A DNA stretch of 39,106 nucleotides from Candidatus Pacearchaeota archaeon (GTDB taxonomy: Archaea > Nanobdellota > Nanobdellia > Pacearchaeales > GW2011-AR1): the NCBI GenBank assembly GCA_050124795.1, contig JASFEO010000012.1:1-39106 (forward strand). Direction: 5' to 3'. The notes beneath the pieces were generated by a model. The model was given only the letters and a program-made list of their open reading frames with translations. It was not told where the DNA came from and did not search any database. Position 1 is the stretch's first letter. Each line of letters starts with the position of its first letter. Below are positions 35,569 through 39,106 of this stretch, piece by piece. A program made the position numbers and the translations under genes.

Positions 35569-35602
35569 ATCAATAAAAAATACTAAAGAAAGGAGAAAAT
35601 CA

Positions 35603-35878
35603 GTGTCAGAGGATAGAATTGTTGATATGGTACAAGAAAATTTTAGAAATCTTAGGGAAGATTTAACCCACCGTTTAGACCGAATTGAATCCAAAATAGA
35701 TCAAATGGTAACGAAAGACGATTGTAAAAAAAACCGTCAAAATTGTATAAGAGATACAACAATAAGACAGAGTGAATTGAGCCTTAAGAAGGTTACGGCG
35801 ATAGGTGGAATAATAACGGCAACTATTACCGCCTCGGCTACGGCTGTTTTGTCCATTCTTAAGGTATTTTATCCATAA
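35603..35878 (+). CDS. Holin-like protein (XhlA-type: coiled coil plus C-terminal transmembrane segment)
   Basis: RLDRIESKID coiled coil; hydrophobic C-terminus; AAAGGAG RBS; precedes the endolysin. Confidence 0.65.
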   Translation: MSEDRIVDMVQENFRNLREDLTHRLDRIESKIDQMVTKDDCKKNRQNCIRDTTIRQSELSLKKVTAIGGIITATITASATAVLSILKVFYP

Positions 35879-35890
35879 GGAGGGCTTTAG

Positions 35891-36667
35891 ATGAGTTGGT
35901 ATAACATTGAAGGATTAGGAACTATTAAGCACGATCAAGACCCAACAAACGACTGTTTATATCTTGATGCAGGGCACGGAGGCACAGACACAGGCTGTAT
36001 ATTTTACGACGGAACATACGAAAAGACTTATGTTTTAGACATATTTAAAAGGGTAGAGAAAATATGTAAACCTTATTTTAGTAGGGTATATGTTACAAGG
36101 ACCACTGACACAAGCGTATCTTTAGAAACAAGAACCAAGTCAATGAAAAGTTTAGCAAGTAAATTTAAATCAGTTCAAGCCTACTCAATACATTGCAATG
36201 CTTATAATGGAATATCTAAAGGGGCCGAATGGTTGTTAAGTATATCTACGCCAAAAAGCCATAGTGATTATATTTTTTGTACAAATTTTTTGAAATATTA
36301 TTGTAAAGAATTTAGTTTAAATAATCGTGGTATAGTCCAAAGGCGTGGCAACAATGGCGATTATTATTATTTACACAGAAATACACCGTCTAACTGCAAA
36401 GTAAAATTTATTGAAATGTTTTTTGGAGATAACCGCGATGACTGCAAAAAGGGGCAAACAGAAGCTTTTAAGGATAAGGCAAGCTTTTTCTTAGCTTCTT
36501 ATATATTAAGGCGTTATGGTGTAATATTAAAAAAGCCAGAGACTAAACCAGATAAGCTTTATATAGTTCAGGCCGGTGCATATACTAAGAAGGAAAACGC
36601 GGACCAACAAGTCAAAGCACTGGCGAAAAAGGGTTTTGATGCTTTTGTGAAAATAGAAAAACAGTGA
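35891..36667 (+). CDS. Endolysin: N-acetylmuramoyl-L-alanine amidase (Amidase_3) with C-terminal SPOR domain
   Basis: LDAGHGG.D.G, EK, SIHCNA, IEMFF; LYIVQAGAY..KENA...LAKKGFDAFV. Confidence 0.92.
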   Translation: MSWYNIEGLGTIKHDQDPTNDCLYLDAGHGGTDTGCIFYDGTYEKTYVLDIFKRVEKICKPYFSRVYVTRTTDTSVSLETRTKSMKSLASKFKSVQAYSIHCNAYNGISKGAEWLLSISTPKSHSDYIFCTNFLKYYCKEFSLNNRGIVQRRGNNGDYYYLHRNTPSNCKVKFIEMFFGDNRDDCKKGQTEAFKDKASFFLASYILRRYGVILKKPETKPDKLYIVQAGAYTKKENADQQVKALAKKGFDAFVKIEKQ

Positions 36668-36782
36668 TATAATAATTTTGATGCGTAATAGAAAACGAAT
36701 TTATTTGAAAGTTCTGTGTAGAACCTTTAAACCTTTCAATTTAGATTGGTTTATTTTTTTTGTGTTTTTTTAAGAAAAACAC

Positions 36783-36811
36783 TTGACTTGGGATAAAATA
36801 TCCGATATAAT
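36783..36811 (+). promoter_or_regulatory. Sigma-A promoter with palindromic operator (copy 2)
   Basis: TTGACT-TGGGATAAAATATCCGA-TATAAT. Confidence 0.9.
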
Positions 36812-36860
36812 ATAAATATAGTAAGTCGCAACACAATAATAAATCAAGGGGGATTAGATT

Positions 36861-37037
36861 ATGACTAATCAAAAATTTAGAAACACAGTGGCAAGCGAAC
36901 TAAAAGCGTGGGAATTAACAGAAGAGCAATACAATGAAATAATGGAGTGTCCGTTGCATATGACACTAAGTCAATATGAAGATTATAAGGCTTCAAAAAT
37001 GGAAGTTGAAGAAATGGAAGATGAAGACATATTTTAA
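36861..37037 (+). CDS. 58-aa acidic protein (MTNQKFRNTV...EVEEMEDEDIF); not in the ORF track
   Basis: Translated by hand; AAGGGGG RBS; first gene after promoter copy 2. Confidence 0.75.
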   Translation: MTNQKFRNTVASELKAWELTEEQYNEIMECPLHMTLSQYEDYKASKMEVEEMEDEDIF

Positions 37038-37077
37038 AATATGTCTTCCCAAAAAATAAATCTAGGAGGATTAGAGT

Positions 37078-37368
37078 ATGAGTCAAATAATAAATCAAAT
37101 TAAAACAGAACTAAGAGGGCTAGAGAATACAGTATATAAGTTGAAAAATGATAAAGCTAATCAAGCTATATACAACAAAGTATTAAGCAAAATAAATGTT
37201 GCAAAACAAAGAGTTTCAAAAGCCGAAGGGATAGAGAAAGAAATAGCCAAAGTAATATTAAAAGATGTTGCCAAGGCGGCAAAACTTCAAAAACAAATGG
37301 AACTTGAAATTACTAGGGCAACAGTAGCGATCACAGAAGCAACTATTTTGATCGGTACCATAAAATAA
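37078..37368 (+). CDS. Hypothetical coiled-coil protein
   Basis: AGGAGG RBS. Confidence 0.7.
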   Translation: MSQIINQIKTELRGLENTVYKLKNDKANQAIYNKVLSKINVAKQRVSKAEGIEKEIAKVILKDVAKAAKLQKQMELEITRATVAITEATILIGTIK

Positions 37369-37370
37369 AA

Positions 37371-37392
37371 TTGGAGGGGTTAACCCCTCCAA
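37371..37392. repeat. Perfect 22-bp palindrome abutting an RBS
   Basis: TTGGAGGGGTT/AACCCCTCCAA. Confidence 0.85.
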
Positions 37393-37405
37393 AGGAGGTA
37401 AACAA

Positions 37406-37669
37406 ATGGATAAATTCCAGTTAATAAAAAATGATATGTTAAATACAATTGAAAGTATGATGTCACTTGCATATTTAACAAAACAATGGTTACATTTTGA
37501 TATGAACTCAATTGAGTATAAAAAAGCGGCAAAACATTTATTAAAAATAGAAATCTATTTAAGATACGCTAAGACCAAAATTAAGGTATATAACGACATA
37601 ATGCAAGCAACGTACATAATGAAATTTGCAAATGATGAAATGGACCAAATATTAAGTCTAGCTGAATAA
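37406..37669 (+). CDS. Hypothetical protein
   Basis: AAGGAGGT RBS. Confidence 0.7.
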   Translation: MDKFQLIKNDMLNTIESMMSLAYLTKQWLHFDMNSIEYKKAAKHLLKIEIYLRYAKTKIKVYNDIMQATYIMKFANDEMDQILSLAE

Positions 37670-37725
37670 ATTTTGTAAGCGAATTTCATGGGGTGTATAG
37701 GGAACTTTAAAAGGAGGGATTTACA

Positions 37726-37881
37726 GTGAAAACGACAACAACAAGCACAAGGGTTAAACTGGTGTGTTATGGCCATGATTGGTATAAGGAATATATAGAA
37801 GGGGTTAGAGTACCAATCACTGAAATGGAGGCAATGAAATTATTGGCTTTACATACACCAATAAAAATATTTAAGAGGTAA
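37726..37881 (+). CDS. 51-aa hypothetical protein (GTG start); not in the ORF track
   Basis: Translated by hand; AAGGAGG RBS. Confidence 0.6.
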   Translation: MKTTTTSTRVKLVCYGHDWYKEYIEGVRVPITEMEAMKLLALHTPIKIFKR

Positions 37882-37885
37882 AAAA

Positions 37886-38041
37886 ATGAATGATAAAGAT
37901 TATGAGTCGTTGTTTAAAGGGTGTTTATTGTATGTTTTAGTAGGTATATTAGGAATATTATTTACAGGCTTTATAATAGGCCTAACATTTGGAGGTGACT
38001 TAGATTGGATATTCAAGACATTAGAAACATTGTTAAAATGA
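37886..38041 (+). CDS. 51-aa single-pass membrane protein; not in the ORF track
   Basis: Translated by hand; GAGGT RBS; CLLYVLVGILGILFTGFIIGLTF. Confidence 0.55.
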   Translation: MNDKDYESLFKGCLLYVLVGILGILFTGFIIGLTFGGDLDWIFKTLETLLK

Positions 38042-38145
38042 TTGAAAAAGATTGTGAAAAGATTGATTCTATACTTGGTAGAGTTGGTTGTAACATAGAA
38101 ATGTTAAAAAATCAAATAAAGGTGGACAAGGAAAATGAGTTATAG
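38005..38145 (+). CDS. 46-aa hypothetical protein (TTG start); not in the ORF track
   Basis: GGAGGTGA RBS upstream; overlaps the HTH gene start. Confidence 0.5.
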   Translation: MDIQDIRNIVKMIEKDCEKIDSILGRVGCNIEMLKNQIKVDKENEL

Positions 38146-38344
38146 GTTTAATGGTGAAAAGTTTAAAAGGCTGTTAGGTGAAAAGGGCCTAACAGTCCAT
38201 GACATGGCCGCCAAGTTAGGAATAAAATATGATAGTCTCTATCGGAAAATAGTAAATATAAATGGGTTTAAGATGTCAGAGATAATAATAATATTAGAAA
38301 CTTTAAACAAAACATTTGAGGAGGTTTTCATGGATAATGAATGA
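38135..38344 (+). CDS. Cro/XRE-family HTH regulator
   Basis: KGLTVHDMAAKLGI....LYRK.....FKMSEI...L.......EEVF. Confidence 0.85.
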   Translation: MSYRFNGEKFKRLLGEKGLTVHDMAAKLGIKYDSLYRKIVNINGFKMSEIIIILETLNKTFEEVFMDNE

Positions 38345-38702
38345 TAAAGACTTAGATATATTAATGAATTTAGTAAATAGCGAATTAATCCAAGCAAATA
38401 AAAAGTTTCCTCAATTCCAGTCGAGACATGAATCGTATGCAGTTATGAAAGAAGAAATCGAAGAAGCCAAAGAGGAAATATTAAATTTATGGGATTATTA
38501 TTTAGAATATAATTTTTGGGCCGCAACAAGACAGGACAAAGAGAGAGCAGAAGTGAAGCCAATATTGGAAAGTATGGAAAATACAGCAATTGCGGCAATA
38601 CAAGAATTAATCCAAGTTGTCGCTATGATACAAAAAGCTATAAGACTGGAAAGTTATCAAGAGCAAGTATTTAAAAATGAACAAGTGGAGGAACAATTAT
38701 GA
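38337..38702 (+). CDS. MazG-like all-alpha NTP pyrophosphatase-fold protein
   Basis: F.S.HESYAVMKEEIEE and QELIQVVAM acidic motifs. Confidence 0.55.
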   Translation: MNDKDLDILMNLVNSELIQANKKFPQFQSRHESYAVMKEEIEEAKEEILNLWDYYLEYNFWAATRQDKERAEVKPILESMENTAIAAIQELIQVVAMIQKAIRLESYQEQVFKNEQVEEQL

Positions 38703-38959
38703 GTGTTTATGAAAATATAAAAATAACAAAAAATGCTTTTAATACCAGTTACCAAATAAATAGAAGGGCCGAAGACATTGTTGCAAGTGTAGCAGTAAGG
38801 GAAGGAATAAATATAAATAAAGATGAATTAATAGAAGTTGTAAGTACTTATGCGACAAAGTCAATATTATCTATGGATTCATGCTTGCAACTATTTTCAT
38901 TACATTTATTCCAAGGTAACAGCTACGAAAAAACATTAAAAAGATTTAGAGAAAAGTAG
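38699..38959 (+). CDS. Hypothetical protein
   Basis: GGAGG RBS; ATGA overlap. Confidence 0.65.
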   Translation: MSVYENIKITKNAFNTSYQINRRAEDIVASVAVREGININKDELIEVVSTYATKSILSMDSCLQLFSLHLFQGNSYEKTLKRFREK

Positions 38960-38967
38960 ATAAAAAC

Positions 38968-38996
38968 TTGACAAAGGATAAAATATCCGATATAAT
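38968..38996 (+). promoter_or_regulatory. Sigma-A promoter with palindromic operator (copy 3), driving erf-gam
   Basis: TTGACA-AAGGATAAAATATCCGA-TATAAT. Confidence 0.9.
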
Positions 38997-39106
38997 ATAA
39001 ATATAGTAAGTATTAAATTTCTAGGAGGTAATTATATTATGGATATAAGTAAAATGAGTTTTAACAAAAGGATTAGACTAGTTAAAAAAGAGACTTTTGA
39101 CGCGGT
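38980..39106. repeat. Terminal direct repeat, right copy
   Basis: Identical to 1-127. Confidence 0.95.

Overview
The window is a complete, circularly assembled siphovirus-type phage genome of about 38,979 bp. Bases 1-127 recur at 38980-39106, which looks like an assembly overlap. It is very AT-rich. The host is probably a Bacillota (Firmicutes) species, judging by AGGAGG ribosome-binding sites, consensus sigma-A promoters, an LPXTG protein and a SPOR-domain amidase. Layout: ERF/Gam recombination genes (60-1.6 kb); terminase, portal, scaffold and capsid; an inserted head-fibre / Ser-Thr repeat protein / glycosyltransferase block (7.2-10.3 kb); tail genes with two tail-tube paralogues, a -1 frameshift chaperone and displaced head-tail adaptor genes behind a 10-copy repeat array; a rightward accessory block (HTH, LPXTG surface protein, HTH, membrane-bound FtsK/SpoIIIE; 21.8-25.5 kb); a leftward replication block (RHH, VapE-type helicase, SF2 helicase, VRR-NUC, stand-alone CHC2 zinc finger) with an iteron-like origin at 34.6-34.9 kb; a holin/amidase pair; and small early genes under three near-identical operator-containing promoters. 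I found no integrase, ParA/ParB, DNA polymerase, reverse transcriptase, tRNA or CRISPR array. The best candidates for new biology are (i) a virion-glycosylation module and (ii) an FtsK plus sortase-anchored-protein module with candidate cis-acting repeats in an integrase-less, plasmid-like phage. All protein calls come from motif recognition by eye; no searches were run.
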